A stretch of 64,000 bases of DNA from Basidiobolus meristosporus CBS 931.73 (lineage: Eukaryota; Fungi; Basidiobolomycota): contig MCFE01000018.1 of the NCBI GenBank assembly GCA_002104905.1, forward strand, positions 62,001-126,000, given 5' to 3'. The notes beneath the pieces are model-generated. The model did not search any database. It was not told the origin of the DNA and saw only the letters and a list, made by a program, of their open reading frames with translations. Below are positions 1-12,502 of this stretch, piece after piece. The stretch's first letter is position 1. Each line of letters starts with the position of its first letter. The translations under genes were made by a program, and so were the position numbers.

Positions 1-3000
1 ATTGATTTGACTAAAAACTGATCTAACTTAGACATTCAAGCAGCAGATCATAACATTCTCCCCTACTAAAGTTGAGAGGGTCCTCCTGAATCTCTTTTCT
101 TGTGATACCAATATCTCAATGGTTCAGTATTATCAGCAAGTCTTGCAAGCTGAGTCTGTCTCTATGAACTAAATCTTCCCAGATATTCACTTGTTTATCC
201 ACTAGTTGGTAAGTTGCAAATGGACATTCCCTGATGATCTTGAATGGTCCTGTCCATTGTGGCTCAAACTTCTTCTGATTGTTGTTTCTTAGCAATACAA
301 AGTTGCCAACTGTCAATGCTTCTGGTGTTATAGTCTTATCAAATCTCGGCTTTGTCTTTTCTGCACTTTGAGATACTTTGGCCTGTGCCTCTTGTTGTCT
401 TTGTTCCAATTGCTGGTGTCTACTGGGCTGACTAAGTTCATCTTCTAAGGCATCTGTAAGCTTGGGTTGTGTGAGATCTCCTGGAATCCTTGGTTCATAT
501 CCATACACTAAGTAAAATGGTGATTGTTGGGTAGTGTTGTGCACTCTAACTCTGCAGGCAAAAAGTGCTTGATCTATATACTCATCCCATCTACTGACAA
601 CTTCATTTGCATACTTGGTCAGCATTTTTCCAAATAATCCATTAAAGGGTTCAGTGACTCCATTAGTTCTGCGGTGATATGCCGAGGTTTTCAGGTGTTT
701 AATCTGCTGTATTTCCAGGTAAGCCTCTAATGTCTTTGCCATAAAGTTTGCTCCTCTACCAGATAAGATCTCCACAGGGCATCCAAACTTCATCAGGATC
801 TCATGGTAAATGAAACTTGCAACTTCTTGTTCACTGGCTATTGGTACAGCTTTAGCAACTGGCCATTTAGTGGCATGGTCAATTACTACTAGGATCCAAC
901 AGTTGCATTTCCTGGTGGTTAGCAGTCTTCCAACAAAGTCAATTCCCCATCTCTCAAATGGTCTTACAGGCTCCAAAGGGAAGAGTTTGGCAATTCTATG
1001 TGGCTGGCCTTGATTGATTTGGCAGTTTGGGCATGTTTTCACTAGCTTCTCAATATCTTGATTCATTCTGGGCCACCATGCTCTGGCTTTCACAAGGCTA
1101 TAGGTTCCTTCAATTCCAAGATGTCCATATCCATTGTGTAGCTTACGTATTAAATCCAGGCAAGAAACATAAGGGCAATAGGCAATAGGGCTTCCATCAA
1201 CAATTTGGTAGAGAGTTTCATCCTGTACTACAAATTTGCTGGCTGCATCTTGGATTATCTTCTTAATATCTTCATCCACCTCATTAGGAATGGCTTGGTC
1301 CTCCAAGTACTTTGGTAATAGGCTAGGCCAGTTGGATTCATGCACCAAGTTGAGTTGTGCAACTTGATCTAATCTTGATAAGGCATCACCAATTGTATTG
1401 TTTTTTCCAGGGCAGTAGACAATCTCAAAGTCAAATTGCTGAATGTATTCACTCCATCTTTTCATTCTTCTAGAGAGTACCTTCTGAGTAAATATATACT
1501 TCAGGGAGGCATGATCAGTCTTCACAGTGCATTTGACTCCTTCAATATAGCATCTCCATGTCTTCAAACAGTGTATCATAGCAAGCATCTCCTTCCCATG
1601 GACTGGATAGTTTTGTTCTGCTGAGTTCAGTTTCTTGGATTCAAAGGCAACAGGGTAGTCCTTTTCATTGTGTTCTTGGCTCAGCACCCCACCAATTACA
1701 TAATCTGAAGCATCTGTGCACAGAGTGAACTCTTTTTGAAAGTACGGTATTCTTAAGCTTGGCAGTTTGGCAAGTTCATTATTGAGCATCTGAAATGCAG
1801 TCTCACAGGCTATGTCCCACTTGTAGATGTTGTCTTTCTTGAGGATATTGGTTAAAGGGGCTCCAATGCTTGCAAAGGACTTGACAAATCTCCAATAATA
1901 GGATGCCATTCCAAGGAATGATCTGAGCTCTGATATGCTATGGGGCTGCTGCAAATTCTTGATAACTTCTACCTTTTTAGGGTCTAAGGTCACTACTGTG
2001 CTAGTCAATATGTGTCCCAGATATTCAACATATTCCTTGAAGAATTCACATTTGGCTAGCTTTCCATATAGCTTGTTCTCTCTTAGCTTCTTCAAGACCT
2101 TTTCAATGTGCACCAAGTGATCCTCTTCTGTCTTGCTATATAGCAGTATATCATCTAGGTAGATTATGACAAACTTGTCTAAGTACTCCTGGAAGACAGT
2201 CTGTATCAGGGTCATGAATGTTGCAGGGGCATTGGTAAGGCCAAAACTCATGACTAAGTACTTGTAATGTCCATATCTGGTCCTGAATGCAGTCTTAGGG
2301 ATATCTTCTGGTTTCACCCTAATCTGGTTGTATCCTGATATGAGGTCAATCTTGCTGAATATGGTGGCTCCATTAAGTTGGTTCAAAAGCTCATCAATCC
2401 GCAGTATGGGGTACTTATTCTTGATGGTAACTGAGTTGAGGGCTCTGTAGTCAATGCACATCCTAAGTGTTCCATCCTTCTTCTTCACAAAAAGTACTGG
2501 TGCTCCCCAGGGCGACTTGCTGGGTCTGATGTATCCTTGTTCCAATAGCTGATCAACTTATCTCTTCATTTCTTCCATTTCCAGTGGACTCATTCTGTAA
2601 GGTGTCTTGCTCACTGGAGGGCTATCTCCTGTGTCAATGGCATGATCCACATCTCTGACTGGTGGTAGGCTTATAAGCTCATCTGGAAAAACATCTGAAT
2701 ATTTCTTCAAGAGAGTCTGTACCTGCTGGGGTGCTGAGGTAGAGGAATCCTCCTGTAATACTGCCATGAGGAACATCTGGGTACCTTTTCTAAGTGCTCT
2801 ACAAAACTGAGTCTTGCTAAGTTCACTTGTATCACACATACTGGAATTGACCAAGTTGAAATCCAGCCTGGCAGGTAATGGCTCATAGGTCTTGTTGTCC
2901 TTTTGGATCTGGGTAGCGTGGGTTCTCCAGTTGATTGATGGATTACAACAAAGTAACCAGGTTTTTCCAAGTACAAGGTCAAACTTGCAGTTCCCAAATA

Positions 3001-4625
3001 TATAAGCCTGTAAGTCTTCTTTAGAGTCATTGATCTTCATTCTTACTGGCTGGGTAATATGGTTGATTAAGTGAGAGTTCCCATCAGCTGTGGAGACTGA
3101 AGTTTATTTGGTAGGTTCCAAGTTGATTCCAGCTTTCAAGGCAAATTGTTCTGGCATTTATTCATGCGATGCTCCTGAGTCAATCATTATTTTGGCAGGT
3201 ACTCCATTGATTACTCCATTCAAGTATAATAGCTTTCCTGAGTTTGAGGTCATCTGGGATAGGTATTCTTCTGTCATGTGGAAGGTGAGTTCTGAGTCTT
3301 CTTCAAGTTCATCCTCCATGTTACTGTGCCCCATGGCCTCAATACGGTTAAAGGTTCTTGATGGCTGGTGTCCATTTCTTCTCTGAGGGCAGTACCTTGC
3401 AATATGTCCTTGCTGGTGGCAATTGAAGCAAAGTCCTTTCTTCTTACATTCTTCTGAGGTAAGACTCTTCTGCATAGCATCTATTTCCATTGGCACTGCC
3501 TGTGATTGTCTTCTTTCATAGTGATTGTGGCCTTTCTGATTAGTCACTGTAGGCTTCCCAACTCCAAACATAGCTGAGTCATAGTCAATGGCAATCTTGA
3601 TGGCTTCTTCAATAGTCTGAGGTCTTCTACAATTCACTTCCTTGCGAGTTCTTTCTTTCAACCAATCAATAAAGTATTCAACTTGATCCAGGGGGTCCAT
3701 TCTTTGAATTTGTCCAAGTAGACATCTGTACTCATAGATGTATTCTTGAACCATTCCTTTCTGCCTGAGTGTCTTTAACTTCCTTCTTAGTAGTGTCTGC
3801 TGGTGTGGAGGTTCAAAAGCATCCTGAATTTCCAACACAAACTCATCCCAGGTAGAGATTGTAGAGCATCCCATCATAGTGCCTGACCTGATCTTGTTGT
3901 GGTACCACTGTAAGGCTGCATCTGCCAGGTAAGAAGCTGCATAATGCAACTTGCTTTCTGGAGCAATTCCTTTAGCCTTAAAAGCTTCTTCAATCTGAAA
4001 GAGCCAAGTTCCCAGGTTTTCATTGACTCTGCCATGGTACCGGTTGACCTTCACACTAAAGTTGCTCTTGACAGGGCTTTGCTGGCTCTGAGCCATGGTA
4101 GTCATTCCTTGTTGCTGTTGGCTGAGGATCTGGAGTAACTGTTGCTGTTGGGCCAGAACTTTCTGCATGGCATTCTTCCATTCTTGATTGTCTGACATCT
4201 TGAGGTTGGTTACTTCTTTTGTCAGGAGGGAGGTTTCTGGTTATTGCTGCTACCAATGTTACAAGTCTTGGTATAAGAGTTGTAGAGGAACCGGGAGTTT
4301 AGCTAGTATTGTATTCACTAAAACTTGAACTGCTCTTTATTGTGGTTCCAGCAGCTCCTTATATACATTTTGCCAGATCAATTGCTGACTAATTGTATTT
4401 CCTAATGCAGGTTGTGGCTGATGACTCATGTGATTGCATCATCATCACCCAATAAGATCCTACTTAGTATATCTATTTCTGTCTGATAAGGATCTGCTGA
4501 TACATTTGCTGACTAATGCTACTGATTTGATAGATAATACTGATATACTGATAACCAAAGCACATAACTAATTGATTTGACTAAAAACTGATCTAACTTA
4601 GACCTTCAAGCAGCAGATCATAACA
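1..4625 (-). mobile_element. Ty3/Gypsy LTR retrotransposon (family G); 3' LTR cut by the window edge
   Basis: 5' LTR 4257-4625 (369 bp, TGTTA...TAACA). PBS TGGTAGCAGC lies immediately inside it. PPT TAGTAGGGGAGAA at 56-68. The 3' LTR remnant at 1-55 matches the 5' LTR. Domain order is gag-PR-RT-RH-IN. Confidence 0.97.
66..4198 (-). pseudogene. gag-pol: Single-frame gag-pol of family G with two nonsense codons and a terminal frameshift
   Basis: ORFs 3158-4198, 2558-3040 and 116-2545 are in one frame, separated by TAA codons where the sister copy has TAC and CAA. Motifs: CFNCHQQGHIARYC knuckle, MIDSGASH protease, YLDD RT, RNase H, HHCC, DDE integrase, GPF. No chromodomain visible. Confidence 0.93.
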
Positions 4626-5270
4626 CTCTAAAGGGATCTCTAAAGGGGTCTCTAAAGGGGTGTTATCAGAGTGAAGGGGTCACTGAGCAGGAACCTGTCT
4701 AAATGAAAAGTGGTGGTTTTCTTGTAGAGCTTAGATTGTAATCTTGTGAGCTTTGCAGCCTCTTTACTGAAGTATTACTGAACAAAATCAGACAACTGAA
4801 CCATGCAAGAGATGCAGGGGAAGTCTTATAACCTTTAAACTTGTAACTGTAGTGCTGAGAATCTGGAAAGAGAGTCTCCCTGTTATTTTTCATCAGGGGA
4901 AGTCAAATATAGAAAATTCTCAAGGATCAAATATTTTGGGTGATTGCAAAATTAATACACCTGATACCATTCTATAATTGTGCAGTGGTGCTGATTGGAT
5001 ATAAGCGCAAGACTTGTGAAGATTCCACATAAAATGACTGGCTGGTGCCACAGTTATACACAATTGAGGTCACCATAGTAATCCTAGCAAAAGAGGCATA
5101 GAATATATGGCAATTGGACTGTTTTGATCATAACTCCTTAAGTGCTGCTTTGAAAGAGCTGTAACCTGAAAATGTGCTGGCTACTGAGTGTTCTGCATGG
5201 CATAATATTTGTTGGTGAATCTATTTCCAAGATCTTGAGGTTTTGTCCTTCAAAGTTGGAAATTAAAGGT
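4626..5270. repeat. Partial copy of the ~1.1-kb LTR family A, interrupted by the Gypsy element
   Basis: Colinear with about 39000-39650 (ctctaaagggg repeats, gtagaacttagattgg..., ttcaaagttggaaatt). Confidence 0.7.
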
Positions 5271-5299
5271 TACATTCTTGATGAGATAGGGATGTTATA

Positions 5300-5416
5300 G
5301 TACTTGTGACTTCAATTGTTTTCCTATCTACCCATGCATCCACTCCATAGGAAGCTCCCAAAAGCTGAAGCAAGGCCCCATGGTTTCCACACACTGTACA
5401 AGCTGGAGTAGGGAAT
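5300..5416 (-). pseudogene. Short CMC/EnSpm transposase fragment
   Basis: ctccataggaagctcccaaaagctgaagcaaggcccc...gagtagggaatgg aligns with 37505-37580 (HSLLHL...GP...WEFPIE region). Confidence 0.55.
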
Positions 5417-6595
5417 GGTGGTAATAGAAAGTACTCCATTACAAAAATATCTCAAAACCAATATTGCACTCATCTCTCAATTTTGCTCTTTGCCATCAAA
5501 TACACAAATGAATTATCAAGCATTTACAACCTTGAAGAACCAAAATTTAATACCATTACATTCAATATATCCAAAAATCTATATCATACAGAATACCTGG
5601 TAGCCAATGAATGTTTCAACTTACTGTGTATTTGAAGCCATACCTATAGAGTTATGATTAAAAGAGCTCATCCACTGTGTATAGTAGGCCTTATTGCCTT
5701 GATTGCCATAGTGGCTTTGCTATCATGTAACTTTTGAAGCAGCCATTCAAATCACATGAGATTATCACTGGTGCTGAGCTTATGTTTGATTTGTAGCACT
5801 GCAAAGCTCTGACTTGTCTCATATGTATTGCTTGCATAATTGCCCAAAAACCTTGATCCTTCAGAATTCTGATAGACAACTTCCTCAGCTCAGAAATCAA
5901 AAGGGATCTGCTTTTGCAGAATTTCCATAATATAATAACCAGCTCAAAGGCTATGAGACTTCCCTGCACTACTTGCACCTTTTAGTATTCTGACTTTGAC
6001 TTGTACTGCATCCATGAAGGGTCTGTATAGCTTGTAAGAGTTCAATCTAAGTTTTACAAGAAAATTACCACCTATCTGATGGAACAGTCCCCTCCAAGAA
6101 GCCCCTTTACTCTAGAGGTACACCTTTAGTCTAAAGACCCCTGTAAGAAGCCCCTTTAGGCATCCCTTCAGCGTTAAGCTCACTCTAGAGACCACCTTAA
6201 GAAGCCGCTCTACTCTAAAGATACATGTTTAAATCTGAAGACTTCTTTGGAGACTCCTCCACTACACCCCTGTAGGTTAAAGAGGAGTTCTGAACTTCCA
6301 TATATTGGTAATAGCTTTTCAGAAAGGAAAGTGACTTCCAGATAAGGAAAAGTTACTTGTAGTATAAATTAGCCAATGGTAGACAGAAGATCAGATCACT
6401 GCTGTGGAAATGTGATACACTGCCTACAGCTTATTTTGAGCCTTGGATCAAGGATATCAGTGAAAGCTATTTTTGCTTGGAATATCAACCTTCTAATAAG
6501 CTTTTTCAGTATTTGCATATTAAAGTTGATTTATATTGTTGATTAGCATCTACATTGTAGAACAAGCCCTACACTAATCATAAAACAACACCACA
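5417..6595. repeat. Degenerate full-length copy of LTR family A
   Basis: Colinear with 34872-35966 from ggtggtaatagaaag to aacaacaccaca. No clean TSD. Confidence 0.8.
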
Positions 6596-6613
6596 AATCA
6601 CATTGCCTATATA

Positions 6614-7344
6614 AGACTTGCTTTGTTGGATAATGCCACATTGAGCTATGATTACCAAATAATGCCATAATGTACCAGAGAGGTTAAGTCATCCTATATG
6701 TGGCCTTCAAGTGTGAAATGTAGCACTGCATATTCAAGCAGAGCAGCCCCTTTGTTTCACCCTCTGTGATGGAAAAAATCCATTTTTAACCTGTTTTTTG
6801 AGATCAGCTTTATGCTTGATGTTTTAGAGCACAGAAGCAATGAAGGGATGCATTTGGTACTCACTACCCAGGGCACTTTGAATCTAGCTCCAGAGGCAGG
6901 TAACTTGTCTTAAAAATGCATGGCACTATCCTGGTCCACTAGTACTATCTGGCACTATATTTGCTGTATATGGGTTTTACTTTCAGGCTAATATTTAAAT
7001 ATAGTGCCAGATATTACTAGTGGACCAAGATAGTGCCATGCAGTGTTGAGACAAGTTACAAGCCTCTGGAGCTAGATTCAGAGTGCCATGGGTATTGCAT
7101 ACCAGATGTTTCCCTTCAGTCATTATGTACTCTGACACATCTAGCTCAATGCTGATCCCAAAAAAAAGGACACACAAAGGATTTTCCAGCACAGTGGGTG
7201 AAACAAAGAGGCTGCAATGCATCAAGATGCAGAAACATGTCTCACACTATGTGGCCAACTATAGGTTTACTTGGCCTCTCTGGCACACTATGACACTATA
7301 TGGCATTCATGGCTCAATGTGACACCAGCCAACACAACAAGTCT
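6614..7344. mobile_element. Foldback MITE, copy 1
   Basis: AGACTTG...CAAGTCT ends, ~345-bp inverted arms around a ~40-bp spacer. Homologous to 19824-20557 and 27968-28505. Confidence 0.85.
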
Positions 7345-7434
7345 ATTATATTTTTAAACCAAGATTGAAGAAGTTTGTATTAGCTATATTGTTTATTGGT
7401 ATATCTATGTACTATCTCAGTATTAGCACACTGG

Positions 7435-8448
7435 CATTTTGATCCACTGCTTGAGTATTTAAGTTGGATTAGCTTTTGGTCAGTTCAACTGGCTTTACGT
7501 TTACCCTATCAGTATATCAGTGTTATCCATCAGATCAGTAGTATTAGCCATTGGATGAATCAGCAGATCCTTAACAGAGAGATATAGTTATACTAAGTAA
7601 GATCTAATTGGGTTATGATGATACAATCCAGCAAGTCATCAGCCATAACCTACATTTGGAAGTACATATAGTCCACAATTCATCTGGCAAAACTTGTAAG
7701 GAGCTGCTGGAACCTTAATAAGGATCAGTAAAATTTAGTGAATTCAGTGCTAGCCAAACTCTGTGTTCCTCTACAACTCTTATATCAAGAATTGCAACAT
7801 TGGTAGCAGCAATAACCAGAGACCTCCCTCCTGAAAAAGGAAGAAGCCTCTCTCAAGATGTCCAAAAATCAAGAATAGAAGAATGCTATGCAATAAATCC
7901 TGGCCCAGCAGCAGCAGTTACTCCAGATCCTTAGCTAGCCACAACAAGGAATGACTACCATGGCTCAAAGCAAGCAAAACCCTGTCAAGAGCAACTTTAG
8001 TGTGAAGGTCAACTGGTACAATGGTAGAGTCAATGAAAACCTTGGAACTTGGCTCTTTCAGATTGAAGAAGCTTTTAAGGCTAATGGAATTGCTCCAGAA
8101 AGCAAGTTACATTATACAGCCTCTTACCTGGTAGATGCAGCTTTACAGTGGTACCACAACAAGATCAGGTCAGCCACCATGATGGGATGCTCTATAATCT
8201 CTACCTGTGATGCGTTTGTGTTGGAAATTCAGGATGCCTTTGAACCCCCACACCAACAGACACTACTAAGAAGAAAGCTGAGGACACTCAGACAGGAAGG
8301 AATGGTCCAAGAGTATATCTATGAATATAGATTTCTACTTTGACAAATTGAAAGAATGGACCCTCTAGATCAAGTTGAATACTTTATTGATGGATTGAAA
8401 GAAAGAACTTGTACATAAGTGAACTATTGAAGACCTCAGACTATTGAA
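7435..8448 (+). mobile_element. Old family G Gypsy 5' end (LTR, PBS, truncated gag)
   Basis: Diverged LTR about 7435-7799, PBS TTGGTAGCAGC at 7800, gag ORF 7951-8343. Cut at actattgaa by the LTR starting at 8449. Confidence 0.85.
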
Positions 8449-8905
8449 TGTTATAATCTGCCGCCTGAATGCTTAAGTTAGATCAGTTTTTAGTCAAATC
8501 AATTAGTGATATGTTTAGGTTATCAGTATATCAGTGTTATCTATCAAAACAGTAGCATTAGTCAGCAAATGAATCAGCAGATCCTTATCAGACAGAAATA
8601 GATATACTAAGTAGGATCTTATTGGGTGATGATGATGCAATCACATGAGTCATCAGCCACAACCTGCATTAGGAAATACAATTAGTCATCAATTGATCTG
8701 GCAAAATGTATATAAGGAGCTGCTGGAACCACAATAAAGATCAGTTCAAGTTTTAGTGAATACAATACTAGCTAAACTCCCTATTCCTCTACAACTCTTA
8801 TACCAAGACTTGTAACATTGCTAGCAGCGGTAACCAGAAACCTTCCTCCTGACAAAAGAAGAAACCAACCTCAAGACGTCAGACAATCAAGAATGGAAGA
8901 ATGCC

Positions 8906-11900
8906 ATGCAGCAAATCCTGGCCCAACAGCAACAGTTACTCCAGATCCTCAGCCAACAGCAACAAGGAATGACTACCATGGCTCAGAGCCAGCAAAGCCC
9001 TGTCAAGAGCAACATTAGTGTGAAGGTCAACCGGTACCATGGTAGAGTCAATGAAAACCTGGGAACTTGGCTCTTTCAGATTGAAGAAGCTTTTAAGGCT
9101 AAAGGAATTGCTCCAGAAAGCAAGTTGCATTATGCAGCTTCTTACCTGGCAGATGCAGCCTTACAGTGGTACCACAACAAGATCAGGTCAGCCACTATGA
9201 TGGGATGCTCTACAATCTCTACCTGGGATGAGTTTGTGTTGGAAATTCAGGATGCTTTTGAACCTCCACACCAGCAGACACTACTAAGAAGGAAGTTAAA
9301 GACACTCAGGCAGAAAGGAATGGTTCAAGAATACATCTATGAGTACAGATGTCTACTTGGACAAATTCAAAGAATGGACCCCCTGGATCAAGTTGAATAC
9401 TTTATTGATTGGTTGAAAGAAAGAACTCGCAAGGAAGTGAATTGTAGAAGACCTCAGACTATTGAAGAAGCCATCAAGATTGCCATTGACTATGACTCAG
9501 CTATGTTTGGAGTTGGGAAGCCTACAGTGACTAATCAGAAAGGCTACAATCACTATGAAAGAAGACAATCACAAGCAGTGCCAATGGAAATAGATGCTAT
9601 GCAGAAGAGTCTTACCTCAGAAGAATGTAAGAAGAAAGGACTTTGCTTCAATTGCCACCAGCAAGGACATATTGCAAAGTACTGCCTTCAGAGAAGAAAT
9701 GGACACCAGCCATCAAGAACCTTTAACCGTATTGAGGCCATGGGGCACAGTAACATGGAGGATGAACTTGAAGAAGACTCAGAACTCACCTTCCACATGA
9801 CAGAAGAATACCTATCCCAGATGACCTCAAACTCAGGAAAGCTATTATACTTGAATGGAGTAATCAATGGAGTACCTGCCAAAATAATGATTGACTCAGG
9901 AGCATCACATGAATACATGTCAGAACAATTTGCCTTGAAAGCTGGAATCAACTTGGAGCCTACCAAATCAACTTCAGTCTCCACAGCTGATGGGAACTCT
10001 CACTTAATCAACCATATTACCCAGCCAGTAAGAATGAAGATCAATGACTATAAAGAAGACTTACAGACTTATATATTTGGGAACTGCAAGTTTGACCTTG
10101 TACTTGGAAAAACCTGGTTATTTTGTTGTAATCCATCAATCAACCAGAGAACCCATGCTACTCAGATCCAAAAGGACAACAAGACCTATGAGCTGTTATC
10201 TGCCAGGCTGGATTTCAACTTGGTCAATTCCTGTATGTGTGAGACAAGTGAGCTTAGCAAGACCCAGTTCTGTAGAGCACTTAGAAAAGGTACCCAGATG
10301 TTCCTCATGGCGGTATTACAGGAGGATTCCTCTTCCCAGCACCCCGGCAGGTCCAGACTCTCTCGAAGAAATATTCAGACGTGTTTCCAGATGAGCTTGT
10401 AAATCTACCACCAGTCAGAGATGTGGATCATGCAATTGACACAGGAGATGGCCCTCCAGTGAGCAAGACACCTTACAAAATGAGTCCATTGGAATTAGAG
10501 GAAATGAAGAGACAAATTGATCAGCTATTGGAGCAAGGATACATCAGACCCAGCAAGTCACCTTGGGGAGCACCAGTACTTTTTGTGAAGAAGACGGATG
10601 GAACACTCAGGATGTGCATTGACTACAGAGCCCTCAACTCAGTTACCATCCAGAATAAGTACCCCATACCTTGAATTGATGAGCTCTTGGACCAGCTTAA
10701 TGAAGCCACCATACTCAGCAAGATTGACCTCATGTCAGGATACAACCAGATTAGGGTGAAACCAGAAGATATCCCTAAGACAGCATTCAGGACCAGATAT
10801 GGACATTACAAGTACTTAGTCATGAGTTTTGGCCTTACCAATGCCCCTGCAGCATTCATGACCCTGATGCAGACTGTCTTCCAGGAGTACTTAGACAAGT
10901 TTGTCATAGTCTACCTAGATGATATACTGCTATACAGCAAGACAGAAGAGGATCACTTGGTGCTCATAGAAAAGGTCTTGAAGAAGTTAAGAGAGTACAA
11001 GCTTTACAGAAAGCTAGTCAAGTGTGAATTCTTCAAGGAACACATTGAATATCTGGGACACATAGTGACTAGCACAGGAGTGACCTTAGACCCTAAAAAG
11101 GTAGAAGTTATCAAGAATTTGCAGCAGCCCCATAGCATATCAGAGCTCAGATCATTCCTTGGAATGGCATCCTATTATTGGAGATTTGTCAAGTCCTTTG
11201 CACGCATTGGAGCCCCTTTAACCAATATCCTCAAGAAAGACAACACCTACAAGTTGGACATAGCCTGTGAGACTGCATTTCAGACGCTCAAGAATGAACT
11301 TGCAAAGCTGCCAAGCTTAAGAATACCAGACTTTAGAAAAGAGTTCACTCTGTGCACAGATGCTTCAGATTATGCAATTGGTGGAATGCTGAGCCAAGAA
11401 CACAATGGAAAGGACTACCCTGTTGCTGTTGAATCCAAGAAACTGAACTCAGCAGAACAAAACTATGCAGTCCAGGAGAAGGAGTTGTTGCTAAAATACA
11501 CTGCTGGAAGACATGGAGATGCTATACTGAAGGAGTCAAATGCACTGTGAAGACTGATCATGCCTCCCTCAAGTATATATCTACACAGAAGGTACTCTCT
11601 AGATGAATGACAAGATGGAGTGAATACATTTAGCAATTTAACTTGGAGATTGTCTACAGCCCTGGAAAAAACAATACAGTTGGTGATGCCTATCAAGATT
11701 AGATCAAGTTGCACAACTCAACTTGGTGCATTAATCAGATTGGCCTAGCCTATTACCAAAGCACTTGGAGGACCAAGCCATTCCTAACGAGGTGGATGAA
11801 GATATCAAGAAGATAATCCAAGATGAAGCCAGCAAATTTGTAGTACAGGATGAAACTCTCTACCAAATTGTTGATGGAAGCCCTATTGCCTATTGCCCAT

Positions 11901-12502
11901 ATGTTTTTGCCTGGATTTAATACATAAGCTACACAATGGATATGGACATCTTGGAATTGAAGGAACCTGTAGCCTTGTGAAAGCCAGTGCATGGTGGCCC
12001 AGAATGAAACAAGGCATTGAGAAGCTAGTGAAAACATGCCCAAACTGCCAAATCAATCAAGGCCAGCCAAAAAAACTTGCCAAACTCTTCCCTTTGGAGC
12101 CTGTAAAGCCATTTGAGAGATGGGGAATTGACTTTATTGGAAGACTGCCAACCACCAGGAAATGCAACCGTTGGATCCTAGTAGCAATTGACCATGCCAC
12201 TAAATGGCCAGTTGCCAAAGCTGTACCAATAGCCAGTGAACAAGAAGTTGCAAGTATCAGCTACCATGAGGTCCTGATGAAGTTTGGATGCCCTGTGGAG
12301 ATCTTATCTGATAGAGGAGCAAACTTTATGGCAAAGACATTAGAGGTTTACCTGGAAATGCAGCAGATTAAACACTTGAAAACCTTGGCATATCACCCCA
12401 GAACTAATGGAGTCACTGAATGCTTTAATGCATTATTTGGAAGAATGCTGACCAAGTATGCAAATGGAGCTGTCAGTAGATGGGATGAGTATATAGATCA
12501 AG
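8906..12502 (+). pseudogene. gag-pol: gag-pol of the first (less decayed) Gypsy unit, truncated in integrase
   Basis: ORFs 8906-10402, 10381-10674, 10687-11550 and 11893-12588, near-identical to the element at 1-4625, with several frameshifts. Confidence 0.9.

Noticed and set aside
116-330. Chromodomain at the Gypsy integrase C-terminus
   Set aside because: Only about 40 residues follow the GPF motif before the PPT, with no chromodomain pattern.
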